From the NCBI GenBank assembly GCA_040954595.2, contig CM082595.2, forward strand, positions 1,676,635 through 1,740,634: a stretch of DNA of 64,000 nucleotides, given 5' to 3'. This stretch comes from Balanoglossus misakiensis (lineage: Eukaryota > Animalia > Hemichordata). Shown piece by piece: positions 40,401 through 57,500 of this stretch (position 1 is the first letter of the stretch; each line of letters opens with the position of its first letter). The position numbers and the translations under genes are program-made. The notes under the pieces are model-generated. The model was not told the DNA's origin. It saw only the letters and a list, made by a program, of their open reading frames with translations, and ran no database searches.

Positions 40401-42871
40401 TTATTACTGTCATTTCTGGAAATGAACCAATAAAATTATGACACGAAGGATGCTGAGCCTGAAATCATTTCAATAATTAATCGATGTCGGCTGCTGATCA
40501 AAGTGCGCCCGCAAGATACAGAGGGAGCGAAGAATTAACCCTGGGATACCTGGATCTACATTCAAGTAACGCCTGAATGAATTGGCTTTCATTCGACGGA
40601 GAAGAGGTTTGAGAAATATTAATATTAGCGTGGAAAACCCTGTAGTGCAATCAAGTGATGGGACCGCCAGCCAGCCAGACAGACAGACAGAGACATGGAG
40701 ACAGGGGGGAGGGGAAGAAATGAGGGGATTTTCGCCAACTTCGAGAGCCGAAAAATTTCCCGTTTTACAGTATCCAATGTGAACATCTCTGGGATTTATT
40801 CGCACTGAGCGATTCTCACACTGTTTTATTGAGCCTCTGGGGTCACAGCATCGCGTCTGCTTCTGCCTCCCATTTCTGTTTGTTGTGCGCTCGAGGATTT
40901 AGGAAGGGCGTGGAGCGAGGAGAGGAAAAAGTGGTGTTTACGTCCCTTACAGATTTACCGCTTGAAGCCTAACCTACATGTGGTCCGGCTGTGTACTCCG
41001 CGCACTTTACATGGTCGTGGCAGAACACGGGTCATCGATACGCGGAGTGTGGTCCCGCTATTCGCAGATTTTACTGTTTGCGCCAGAAAGGTTTGAGTTG
41101 CAACCAGAGTTACATACATGTATAGGCTGGCCAGAAAACCTCCATATAAAGTTTTCTACAGACCCTAATGGCTTTTCTACTCAGCGCCAACTACGACCAA
41201 ATCGAGTACAATGACGTGAGCTATTTACCTGATAATCGCTACTTGTATATCCTCTTGCTACCCGGTCTCTTCTAGTATCTTCCCTTCTCACCATAGAGAT
41301 GTAGTTTATGACCACCTGTCCGAAATAGGTGTAAAAACAAAAGAAAAACAAAATATTCATTTAGCCTCTAGGGGGATAAAAATGCATGAATTTACATCTG
41401 CCTGGTGTCATGTGACAAGATATGATTGGTTATGCTCACACATTATAAAATACATACACTTGAAGTAAGTGCCCCCAAGATGACTGTAGACAAGTTTTGA
41501 ATGACTTGTCCGGAAAACTTTCAATTCACTGCCGGATGTTTGCTACCGAAGCGCAAAGCGTTAGTAGTCCAATATTGGTTTACATTCTCTCATATATTAC
41601 ATTATTAGGAATAACAGAGGCTTTGTCGGAAAAATTCATTTGACATTTGTGAGAAACATAAATTTATGCCGAGATGTACTTTTGTGTAGAGGTCCAGTGT
41701 AATGAAGTCTTACAAAGCGCTCTGCAGGGTTTCCAGAGGAAATAGCAGTAATTCGGGTCCTTTCTCACCATAAATTAATGATTTCTACTGACTATCAGTT
41801 AAAATTTTCCTCGAGAAGGCCATATTTCTTATTTCTGTAATGTATAACTGAATGTAAATCAATATTTTGCGACGTGGGTCTTGTGTTTTGGCAATAAACA
41901 TCTGGTGGCCAAGGACTTCAAATTGTATTCACATATCGAAGTGTGGTTTCAATCACCATGACTTCTTGACTGGGGTGAATTTTCCCAACGGTAATATCAA
42001 GTATCGCTCCACAATTTATCGCATCTCGCGGTTCGTTTAACTTCGATTTAAGTGTGTATCTATTTGAGGGAGTTTAAAAACAAGGCCTACATGGAGCAGG
42101 ACGTTTTTATTTCAAAAGTTACTACCCATGACGGGATCGGGAGGTGAAGGGAAATAATGGTGAAATTAAGTAGTGGTTCACGTTTCTATGTATTTAGCTT
42201 TACGGATTTCTGGTTGATAAGGAAAATCTAGTGTAACTCAAGATGGAGGATGCCAACCAAATATATTTTATTGTAAATATTTCATCATTTCTAACCCCCT
42301 TTCTACCATCTCTGGAATGCCCTCACTTGTGGACTGGTTTAAACCATTTGGGATTAGGGGTGAGAAAGTTAGAATGAAGCTGTGAAATAACACATCACCA
42401 GCACACATACATCATAATTATACCCTCTTAACAAGGAGCATGAGTTGTACAGTGGAGAGCCTATAGCTCTATTTGTGCCAAATTCCAGTACTTGTGATTT
42501 CTCACACAATTATTCCTATGGATACTAGTCAGACATGAAATAAATCAAATAAACTGCTATCTTGAAAAGATTTTTATTATTTTCTGTTTTTAAATGCCTC
42601 TCTTTGAAGCAAAACTTAAGGATACTTTCAAATAAACAAAATGTAGTTCATGAAAATGGGATAAATGTATTACAAGTTACATGTCAATATGTCCCTCCAA
42701 CCCTAAATGGTGATTGGGTGGAATATGTCATGTGATCAGATGTGATTTCCACCAACAGCAGGCAGGGAACACTGATGTGACATAAAATTTTTGGACATTT
42801 TTTTGTCAGGCAGTCCAATGCGGGAGAAAATGGCACCCATTTCTTCTTGGAAAGGGAAGTGTTTAGTTCTC

Positions 42872-47221
<4,350 letters not shown>

Positions 47222-47279
47222 TTTTCACTATTTCCGTGACTATCGGGTAAACAAACTGGAACAGAACGTACACCGGTTT

Positions 47280-47291
47280 CAAGATGGCGGC
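47280..47291 (+). promoter_or_regulatory. YY1-type motif CAAGATGGCGGC in the CpG-rich PSMC2 5' region
   Basis: Matches the YY1 consensus about 60 bp upstream of the PSMC2 ATG. A CCAAT/ATTGG pair lies at 47401-47410. Confidence 0.4.
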
Positions 47292-48531
47292 TCACCACAA
47301 TGCCTTGCGACAGGTAGTCTCGGTTACCCATAATCCTCTGCTTCTTCCGCGCGCGCTGCGCAACACATGGGCGTATCAAAATTACAAAAGCATACTCGTG
47401 ATTGGCCAATACAGTCACGATAAAATATATGAAGTTATGAACGCACCATTTAAGGTGTTTCATGAATTATTCATTTTCTATCGGGTATAAAAAACTATTG
47501 CGCAAGTCATTTGGCACTTGCCGCCCGTCTTCTTCTGTAAGTATATGTATTTTAGTCTAATTCTATTTTTTAGTATTTTATTCTTGTTATTTAAAAAACA
47601 TAAACAAGAAACTTAGTGTAAAACTTCCAAATTTTATTGCTTGCTCCTTCAAAACATACACTACATACATCATCATATAACACATTTATGAAAACAAAAT
47701 TTAAAAAAATTACATCATCAACAAGCACAGGCAAATCATAAGTTTTCACATTAAAGTCAATTTATGAGTATTTTGTTTATCCGAAATATGAGATTGACCA
47801 TGGACTGTGAACTCTGACCTTCAAAGATATTTTGTGTGAATGAAAAAAAAAACATTACAACAGTTGACTGCAGTATACTAATCTTGGCTATTACAACAAC
47901 TATATGTAGTATCAAAATAATCAAGAAGTACAAAATATATACAGAAAGTGGCTTTATTTGAGAGAGAGTGCATTGATTTTGCAATTTTTTCCTCCACTGC
48001 AAGTCACATTTGCAGTTTATACAGGTTCAATAAAGTGGTATACAGTCCACATCTTGACATGGAAATATCTCACATAGCATATTTATAAGGCCATGCAAAA
48101 ACACTACATTTTTTTACTTCTGCATGTATATTGGTTATAAAAGTTGAAGACTAGGAGGTTAATTTGAGGTTAGTTGGGTTTTGGGAACTACGCAACTTTT
48201 GTTGTTCAGCCTAGGCATTAATGAAGTTTAAAAAGTTTTTCATAAGATTTGAAGTGGAATTTCCATTAAATAATGCCATGATTAGCCAAAGCATTTTTTG
48301 AAAGCATGTATTTTCAGTTAAAATTCTGAAATCGTAGACATTTGAAACCACTTTGAACTTATCAGCTTTGAATTTTAAAAACACTGTCAAAGGGTACACT
48401 TCAAGCACATTTGTCTTGAATTTACACAAATGTGAACAAAGTAAGGCTCAGCTAGAAAATATTGCCGTTTACCCAAAGCATTCCAGCTCATTAGTAACTG
48501 CCTGTTGTTTTCTGTGTAAATAGATGTAAAT

Positions 48532-50318
48532 TTAAATCCTGAAGTTTCTTATCGTGTAGCCACGTATCCATGGCAGACCAGTCCCGACTTTCTTCTGATA
48601 GTCGATGTACTCCTCGCCAAAGAAATTGAGGAGCAAGATTTCTTCATCCTCAATCCGCTCATTGAAGAATTGCCAGGAGGCAGCAGTGTATGCGATGAAA
48701 CAGATTGGATTGCACAGCAGTATCTAAAGGGGTGGGTAGGGTAACAGAGACTGTGTGTAAGTTTCAATCATATGAAAAAGATATTCGGATTTCAGTGTCA
48801 CCTTCTCTCAGTCAATCAGCTTCTCAGTATGACTACAATCAAACACAGACACATGTACCGGTGTAGTAGTAAAACTCCAAACGTACAGAAACAACAGGTA
48901 TAAGAGTCTTTGCTGAATGAAAGCTTTTCATGGGAAAAAATTTCATCTATCTGCTTAAGGCAAGATGGCAGCCCATGCCAATACTGATACATTTAGGTAA
49001 AACTTGTTGAAAGAACTCACCTGGGTTGCAACGCTCCACCAAAACCAACCCACATAGGAGGGATGCCTGCACCACGCGTAGATACCGCGGGTTACCAAGA
49101 CATGGTCTGGGTTCCGCCTACTTTGAATAATATGGTGGAAGTTGGTTCCTGCCGTGAACATGGCCAGTTTCCGCAGGATTTCCCCGCAACAACAGACGCT
49201 CAGACCGAGGATACTGAGCCATCGAATCTGTTTCAGCCCTGGTGGAATAGTGAGTGTAATATGAGTGACTGTAACTATGTGCTTTCTTGCATATAAAACA
49301 CAAGTCAACATATTTGATAACGGTCACCAAGTATTAGTCCTAAGTTTAAATAATAACCTATGAATTCGATCTGTGACGTTGTTACATATGCAGGAAAAAA
49401 TATAGGGCAGAAGAGAGACGTCTCTCACCTGGGAAAATAAGAGTTTCAATTGTAAATTCAGCCCAGCTTGCCATTGCTGCCAGATGGTATGCTTTGCTAT
49501 GATTCAACAGGAATGAGTCCAACGTCAAACTGTGTGGATGGTAGATGCTGGTGCAGAAATACTCTGAGAAGTGAAAGAAACTGAGGACGCACAGGTACCA
49601 TCCAAAGACTGTCCAGTTCTCGGCACCGTAGACACTGATGATGATCCCAATGCTGAATGCCAACCCCAGAAAGCTGGCTCTGGTTGCAATCTGAAAAATT
49701 AATAAAAAGAGCTACTTTTTATTTTGCTCCATTCCATCACAACAGTATGGTTTCTATATTTTTGCATGATTGGATTAGAAACTTTCTGCTGGTGTCTCTA
49801 TCAGCAAGGTGTGGTGGCTACCGTTTGGAGTAGGTCAAATATATGTGCCTGTAAATGTAAACATGGTTCAGTTGCCACACAATACCAAACAGCCCCTCCC
49901 AGTTTAGCACACTTGTTGTTCATTTCAAAACGTTTGGTGCACGCCTACCAGAAACCATCCTAACTAGGTTCGTCATTAAATGACATTGTTCTGGTGTAAG
50001 CACGGAGCTTTGATATGTCCTGCTCATCTTGTGGTTACCCTCGTAAATATGTATATTTTTCAAACGAACCACTTTCTCCCTGATCACACTTACCTTCAAT
50101 GCTTCTCCCTTGTAAGTTAACAGAACGATGGCTGCAACAACTGCCGCGTAGCTCAGTCCACCAATTAGCCCATGTCGGAAATCGAGTATTTTCACAATGC
50201 CGAGGGTCAGAACATGAAGGAAGGGCACAATTACGACCCCAGTTCCGAGGAGAAAAGTGTTTAAGCTCACCCGCCTTGCAACTTCCGCACTGACTTTACC
50301 CCCGTTGGCGGCAGCCAT
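48532..50318 (-). CDS. ICMT: Protein-S-isoprenylcysteine O-methyltransferase, 4 exons, about 298 aa
   Basis: Exons 50318-50094, 49690-49429, 49238-49021, 48723-48532 (897 nt, in phase). Motifs LSFFHFSEY, SFLLNHS, GEILRKLAMFTAGTNFHH, HVLVTRGIYAWCRHPSYVGWFWWS, RIEDEEILLLNFFGEEY, GTGLPWI. Confidence 0.95.
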
Positions 50319-50644
50319 TTTGAAATCTGACTTTGTTGATACATGTTTAGGGACCCTTAAGTAACTAAAAACAATTATGGACGTAATGTATTTTTTAAAA
50401 ATAAACTCGTGTGAAAAATATGTCATATTAGTTTTGCTGATATAAATTCAAATGAATAATTTCTGTCAAAGTGTCGTTGCAACGAGGATAAATCCAGCAT
50501 ATCCAAACATTTCGCACTTTGTGAATGAATCATTACTAACTTAGCTGGTCTCAACTTATAACCGCCATTTTGAAATTACAAACTGCAATCGGTGGATGTC
50601 CGTCTCAATTTTCCCTGAAAAAAACACAGCTTGCAACCTTGAAG
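50319..50644. promoter_or_regulatory. Probable bidirectional promoter between ICMT and centrin-3
   Basis: Divergent start codons only 326 bp apart. YY1-like CCGCCATTTT at 50562-50571 and AAAATGGCTG over the ICMT start. Confidence 0.55.
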
Positions 50645-51148
50645 ATGAGTTTGTCACTACGATCCGAGTTTTCTATCGATAAAGCAAAGAGGAGAAAGCG
50701 CCGTGAGCTGTCTGAGGAGCAGAAGCAAGAAATCAGGGAAGCATTTGACCTGTTTGATACGGACAAGGACAGATCCATTGATTACCATGAACTGAAAGTG
50801 GCTATGAGATCGTTGGGATTTGATGTCAAAAAGGCAGATGTCCTCAAAGTCTTGCGTGACTACGACAGAGAGTCATCGGGAAAGATATCATTTGAAGATT
50901 TCAGTGAAGTCATGACCGACTGGATGCTGGAACGTGATCCTCAGGAAGAAATCATGAAAGCATTCCGTTTGTTTGATGACGACGATTCCGGCAAAATCAG
51001 CATCCGAAATCTCCGGCGAGTTGCTCGGGAATTGGGCGAAAATATGACGGACGAGGAACTGCGAGCGATGATCGACGAATTCGACAGAGACGGGGATGGT
51101 GAGATCAATGAAGACGAATTTATCGCCATCATGACTGGGGACACATAA
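50645..51148 (+). CDS. CETN3: Centrin-3 (Cdc31-type EF-hand protein), single coding exon, 167 aa
   Basis: [98 protein letters not shown] closely follows vertebrate CETN3. Four EF-hand repeats in one uninterrupted ORF. Confidence 0.95.
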   Translation: MSLSLRSEFSIDKAKRRKRRELSEEQKQEIREAFDLFDTDKDRSIDYHELKVAMRSLGFDVKKADVLKVLRDYDRESSGKISFEDFSEVMTDWMLERDPQEEIMKAFRLFDDDDSGKISIRNLRRVARELGENMTDEELRAMIDEFDRDGDGEINEDEFIAIMTGDT

Positions 51149-52682
51149 AGTCCTGTCTCGGAGAACATGATCGGACATGACCTGTGGGCCGTTATTGCTC
51201 AAACAAAACAATAACATTGGAACGTTGAACAATGGACTCCACACATAACTTGACACAATCCAATTTTATCTCCCAGTTCCAAAAGTCACAAACGCGACAG
51301 AAAACGTAAAATCACAGTGATGCTATAAACACCGAGAATCAAACTGGACATGTACATTTTATGAGATTCGTGAATTTTTCCAATCGTGAATGAAACGTGC
51401 CTGTACAGAACAGAAGTATCTGAAAAATATCCCAGTCAGATAATTGCCTTCTTGTCATGTGAAAAACTGATATGTATAGTTTTAAGCAGCTTTTTGTGCC
51501 TCTGGCATTATGTACATATACTTTTTAGTTATGTGTGTTTCTTGATGAGTGTGAATTATATTGTGCATCATTTGTAGCTTTAGATTTACCCACAGTCTGC
51601 AAATCAGTGACTTGATAGTCTGAGAGAGTGGCTACTACTTGACTGACTCTCAGACAGTGGCATTCACAGATATGCAAACTGAGCTTGTATCCAGACTGAC
51701 CCCACACCCAAGTGCCAATGTATACTTACTTACTAGTGATGAGAATAACCTTTACAGCTTTCATTTCAATGAAACTTTCATGGATTTTTTTACGTACTCC
51801 GAATTTTCTGTCGTCTTTTTACTCAGTCATTTCGTTGTCATGTATGGTTTTGAGAATTTGCCTAAAAGAACAGCATTATCATTTTTGTACATGCTGAAAC
51901 CACTTTGTATTATATATGATTTTGTATACATGTATTTACAATGGATGACGAATTAATTAACTGAGTTCACACTTTTCAATGCCAGTCCTTGTGTGTATAA
52001 GCTATCTTCAAACTTTGCCATTTTTATATGTTTTTGTATCATTCTCCATTATCATGAAAAATATACACAAGTTAAAAGGGTGATCGTGTTCTCGTCGTAT
52101 ATTTCATTGAGACGGACTGTCTATTATCAAATGTGCCAAATGCACATTCCATGCTGGAATTCTTGTAGGACATAATGACATGACGAACAAATGATGACAC
52201 CATAGTGCTCCCCCAATCGTACATTGATGATCAGTGTATTGTAAGAAAGAAACCCCATTTCTGCCGCTGGCTGCGCTACACAGGACCTAAGAATTCTTTT
52301 GTTTTTACAACCACCGATGTTGCCAACGAACTTCATAGACTTGTTGGCAATGTGCTATGTTTCAACACATTCCAATGAGACGTGGAGAACTCTACCCACG
52401 ACTGGTTTACCAAATTAATTGTGTATGCCAAGTATTGACAGAGCGTATGAGGGTATCATAAGAGTCAGTGGAGGAAGGATTACTTGCGCCGGTAACAAAG
52501 ACCAGAGGATTAAATATCTTGACAGTAAAAACACGTGTGTGGCAACTCAATATTAAATTTCGTCTCCTTTCCCATGCGCAACGAACCAGAACAGAACTAG
52601 CACAACGCCGGCGATACAGGTGTGCACAAATTTACACTGACATTTGTAAAATAACGCCACTTTGGGACAAATTCGACACAAA

Positions 52683-53168
52683 ATGTTCTCTTTGGCGAAG
52701 GCCAAGCGCAAGGGACGACGGGAACTGACGGAGGACCAAAAGCAAGAGGTGGAGGAGGCGTTTGAATTGTTTGACACGGATAAAGACGGTCTCATCGACT
52801 ACCATGAGCTGAAAGCCGCGATGAGAGCACTGGGTTTCGAAGTGAGAAAACCAGACGTCTTGAAGGTGTTGCAGAACCACGGAAAAGACGCCGCCGGAAG
52901 ACTGACGTTCGAGGAATACTCGCAAGTTCTGACGGAGTGGATTCTGGGCAGAAACCCGCAAGAAGATTTCACGAAAGCGTTTAAAATGTTCGACGACGAC
53001 GGTACAGGCAAGATAAGCGTTCAAAACCTCCGCCGCGTCGCCCGAGATCTTGGCGAAACCTTGACCGACGAAGAACTACAAGCCATGATCAACGAATTCG
53101 ACCGAGACGGCGACGGTGAAATCAGCCTCGACGAATTCTTCGGAATCATGACAGGAGACACTGTTTGA
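52683..53168 (+). CDS. Centrin-3-like paralog, single coding exon, 161 aa
   Basis: [61 protein letters not shown] is collinear with the upstream centrin-3 but clearly diverged. ORF intact. Confidence 0.9.
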   Translation: MFSLAKAKRKGRRELTEDQKQEVEEAFELFDTDKDGLIDYHELKAAMRALGFEVRKPDVLKVLQNHGKDAAGRLTFEEYSQVLTEWILGRNPQEDFTKAFKMFDDDGTGKISVQNLRRVARDLGETLTDEELQAMINEFDRDGDGEISLDEFFGIMTGDTV

Positions 53169-54502
53169 AAATGTTACCATGGAGACAACATGGCTGTCAC
53201 AGTATACAGGACAAGAAACCACGTGACCCAGGGCCAATCTCCGTAAACAGACTGAAGCGATAAACAACACCACAAAGAGTATTGAAATTATCACAAGTCG
53301 TGAACTTTACTAATCATGATATTACTAACATCATATACCGGCTCGTATAATTTTAAACTTTCCAAACAAAAGACGATTATCTTAAACTGTCGTTTTGGAA
53401 TGTTCTTTCACTTTATATGGTGTGGGATTACATACATATTTTGACTTCTCTGTTTCGCACTGGTATTTATTTACACAGTCCAGTCACTTTTCAACAAAGC
53501 TCAGTACACGGGGTAAAAGTTTAGTGCTTTATAGCTTGAGTTTTTTCTGTTATTGGATGTTGGTACAGTGACACCAACATTCAACCAGACAATACTCGAG
53601 CTCCGATACTGCATGCAGCTATACGTGATGCCTTGACCCCAGCGCACTTCTCAGCACTCGGAGAACTCGTTACTTTTGCAAAGCAAAGACGCCTCGATCA
53701 TACGAAAGCAAATAAATATTATTACACAGACACTTTCGTATTGTTCGGAATCCAAACAGTGCCGTGCATAATCTCAGCTAGAGGTCCGAAAGATTATGTG
53801 ACGGGATTTGATAACGTTCAGTTTGACCCTGGGGGCGGTCTTCTGAGAAATCAGTGCGGTTCCTCCATGTACGGGATGTGACATAATGTAAACTGATATG
53901 ATCCCAAGCTGTTAAGTTGGGCTAGATCCAGGGAATTTCCTCTTAGTCGACCAGAAGAAGCTCCAACTCTCAGCACAGGGTAACAGTAAATTGGTACACC
54001 ATGGCTTTCTGGTCGTACGGGTGAGTGAAATGATACAGTTTTGCGTTTCTATGGTAACTGGAGAGTTGTATACTTCCAGTGGAAGCTATACAGTGTTGTC
54101 TGAATCGAGCTGTTGGTGACGAATCATAGTTGTTAGGCACAGTTGAGAGCTCGAGAGACAATCATATGTACATGGTGAACGAAGGGGGTTTCTTGTACAT
54201 ATATAATAGGCATGTACTTATTTGCGAAGTTCAACGCTGATGTTGAAGTCATGGTTGGGGGGGCTGTGTGTTGTGACTGGATTGTTAGAAGCGCAGTCAG
54301 CAAACGGACACACATCCCTGACAAGCACACAGAGCTATTTATAAAGGTCATGGCTGGTGTACTAAACATCGGACATATAGAAAAATCACAACAGGAAACA
54401 AATGACGGGGAATCCATTGCCAGGCAAGGAACATACACACAAGAGAAGGATATGGGCTGTATATGATTTCTCAAAAGTAAAGAATATTGTGTGACTAGAT
54501 TT

Positions 54503-57500
54503 ATGGAGAAGCTGTCAATTGCTTTGTCAGAGTAAACATTTTAAACGGATACTAATAATGCCTATCTTGTCTTCCCAGAAGAAAACTAGAGACACTTCCG
54601 CCTTAGCACATAAACACAAATATTATACTCTTCCGCCATTGCTTTCCTAATTTTCTTCTATACGCAGAATGTTAAAACTTTCTATTACAGATTTCACAGG
54701 CTTCATATTGTTGGCAGTATTTCCTTTCTGTTGAGTACAATCTTTGTCTCGTTCGTTCTCACCGAGGAAAACTTGTCCGGTCTCGGTCAATCCTTCTCCT
54801 CCCCGAACTATCCACAAGAATACCCGCACAACGAGGAAAAGATCTGGAATATCGAAGTCCCCGTTGGGTATCGGGTGGCTCTTTACTTCTCCCAGTTTGA
54901 CCTGGAAGTTTCACAAGACTGCGAGTACGATTCAGTGCAGGTCAGATTATATAGTTAATCGTTTAATAAGCTATAAGATCCTCATCATATGAAAGTGTAA
55001 TTTTCTACGGGGTTCCTGCTAAACGGAAACTATGAGTGTTAGTTGCTCACAAGCTAGAGTTTTTGTCCAGGTTTCTCGAATATTGCAATGTATACTACTA
55101 TCTCTCCAGTATTGGTCACGTGACATACCAATGATTTGTGTTTCACAGATGTCGGTTGATGACGAAGAACTGTATCGATTTTGTGGAGGCGAGGGAGCGC
55201 CATACTTCCCAAAAGACACTGTCGTCAGGTCACCTAGCAACCAGATGAAAGTGACCTTCCAGTCAGACTACTCCAACATGGATCGCAACATCGGATTCAA
55301 CGCTCACTACTACGCTGAAGGTGACGACGTCATGCATTATGTAGTGAACTTCTAGTAACGTTTCAATATATGAGCACTACATGGATGCGTCAAATTCCAA
55401 ACTATAATACATTGAAATTACAAGGTTTTTTTTCCATACTATTTTTGTCTGGCAGATATTGACGAGTGTCTTTCTAACAATGGTGGTTGTGAACATTTCT
55501 GTCACAACTTTCCCGGCGGTTATTACTGTTCTTGTCGTGCCGAGTATGTGCTGTTTTCCGATGACAAGACCTGCACAGGTGAGGAAACATGGCTGTTTTG
55601 GTGCACACACACAAACACTGCTTAGAAACACCCAGATAAATCGATTCTGTATATTTCCTTTTACAGTCGAGTGCGGCAATATTGTATTGCATGAAATCAA
55701 CGGCATAATCGAAACTCCTGACTATCCTGGACGCTATCCGAAGAATTCCGAATGTGATTGGACCATTGACGTTGAAAAGGGCTACGTCATCAATTTGGAG
55801 TTTGACGCCTTTGACGTTGAAACACACCCGGATGTTGCTTGTCCGTATGACTTCGTTAAGGTATGAAGCTAGTGGCAAACATGTTACCTCTGCGCTGCTA
55901 TCTCGGTTTCATAGTAACTTTTCAAATCTAAGCAACATAAATTGTTCCTTATAGGTTTCCGGTGGCAACCAGGTGTTCGGTCCTTTTTGTGGCCAATCGG
56001 GTGAGACCAATCTTCCAAACGTCATCCAATCACCGGGACACGTGATGAAAGTCGAGTTCCACTCTGACAATTCGGGCGAATTCGGGGGATTCCGGGCCAG
56101 GTATTACGTAACAGGTAAGAGCACACCTTTTCAAATGCCGTGACACCCCTCAGTGTGATAATTACTGTATATGGCTAAATCTATTTCATTGTCACCTTCA
56201 TAGCCCAGCCATGTCCTCCGCTGGAGGCGCCGGCCTATGCAGAAATGAGTGGTAGTAATTTCACCTACAAACAGCACGTGGAATTCATCTGTAACCATGG
56301 TTACTACCTGGTCGGTTCTCAAACTAGAATGTGCACAGAGGACGGAACGTGGAGCGGTGTTCAACCATACTGCCAAAGTAAGTAAGGGATGAACTTTTTG
56401 ATTTCCAGGTAAGGGGTAGTAGGTTTGGGTATGCTGGCAAACTTTTAGGTCACCGTTAGGTATTGCAGAAAAAACTGGTGATTGTAATGAATTATTTGTT
56501 TTATATCTCTCTTACTGCCTCACTACACAGTTGTTGACTGTGGACGTCCAGAAGAGATCCAGAACGGCCATGTTACCACCAACAATGACAACTTCACTTA
56601 CACGAACGCCGTAGCTTACTCTTGCGATGAGTTCTACGAGGTTGTGGGAGGCAGCGTCAGGTTCTGTGAGGCGGACGCAATCTGGTCGGACACAAAACCC
56701 CATTGTCAGCCAAGTGAGTATACAAGGCAACATTAATAATCACATTTTCGTGATAACAATTGAATTACACAAAAGTTGACAGCTTCATCATTTTTGATGA
56801 TCTACTGTCGTTTCTGGAAATGGTAGATTCATCTTGCCAGTATTAGGGTGTACATGTGTAACCCCGTTTTTGAAAAAGTTGACACATGCATTTGAACTTT
56901 TTTCACAGTCTGTGGTATTGCGAGCTTTCCGCAAAAACCAAGATCCCGTGCCCGTATTCTTGGCGGACGGTCGGTCCACCCCGGTTCTTGGCCGTGGATG
57001 ACGTACTTGGACATCCACGCGCCGAGCTACGACATCCATGACGCGGTATGCGGGGGTTCCCTGTTGAACGAGGAATGGGTGCTGACAGCTGCGCACTGCG
57101 TGACCAACCCTACGCGACTTTCAAGGTCCTTTGGACAGCTCATACCATTCAGGTCAATTGATGTGTTCCTTGGAGTACACAGGCGTTCTGCCCTCGACGG
57201 GAATGTTCAGCAGGTCAGTCAAAGTTATAGTGTCGTCTTCATCCCAGATAGTAAATCATTTTTTTATTGGCCTACAATTTCTTTTTAGTTTTTATTGTGT
57301 CTAAATTGAAGATCAGAGATGTTTATGATCTGTTGTTTATTATCTGTGTCACATGATCTATGACGAGTAAGGAGTAAATGGTATTGGTATCTTTGCTTCC
57401 TAGCTAAGTGTTGCTGAGATCTTCCGTCATCCTGACTATAACGTTGACACATTTGATGCAGACATCGCCCTCGTGAGGTTGGCCAATCCCGTCAACTTCA

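Noticed and set aside
47284-47313. Possible + strand first exon MAAHHNALRQ divergent from PSMC2
   Set aside because: Poor donor (gtagtc) and no downstream exon found; better explained as a YY1-type promoter motif.
50570-50644. N-terminal extension of centrin-3 in the ORF track
   Set aside because: Starts at a non-ATG codon; the ATG at 50645 matches the conserved CETN3 N-terminus.
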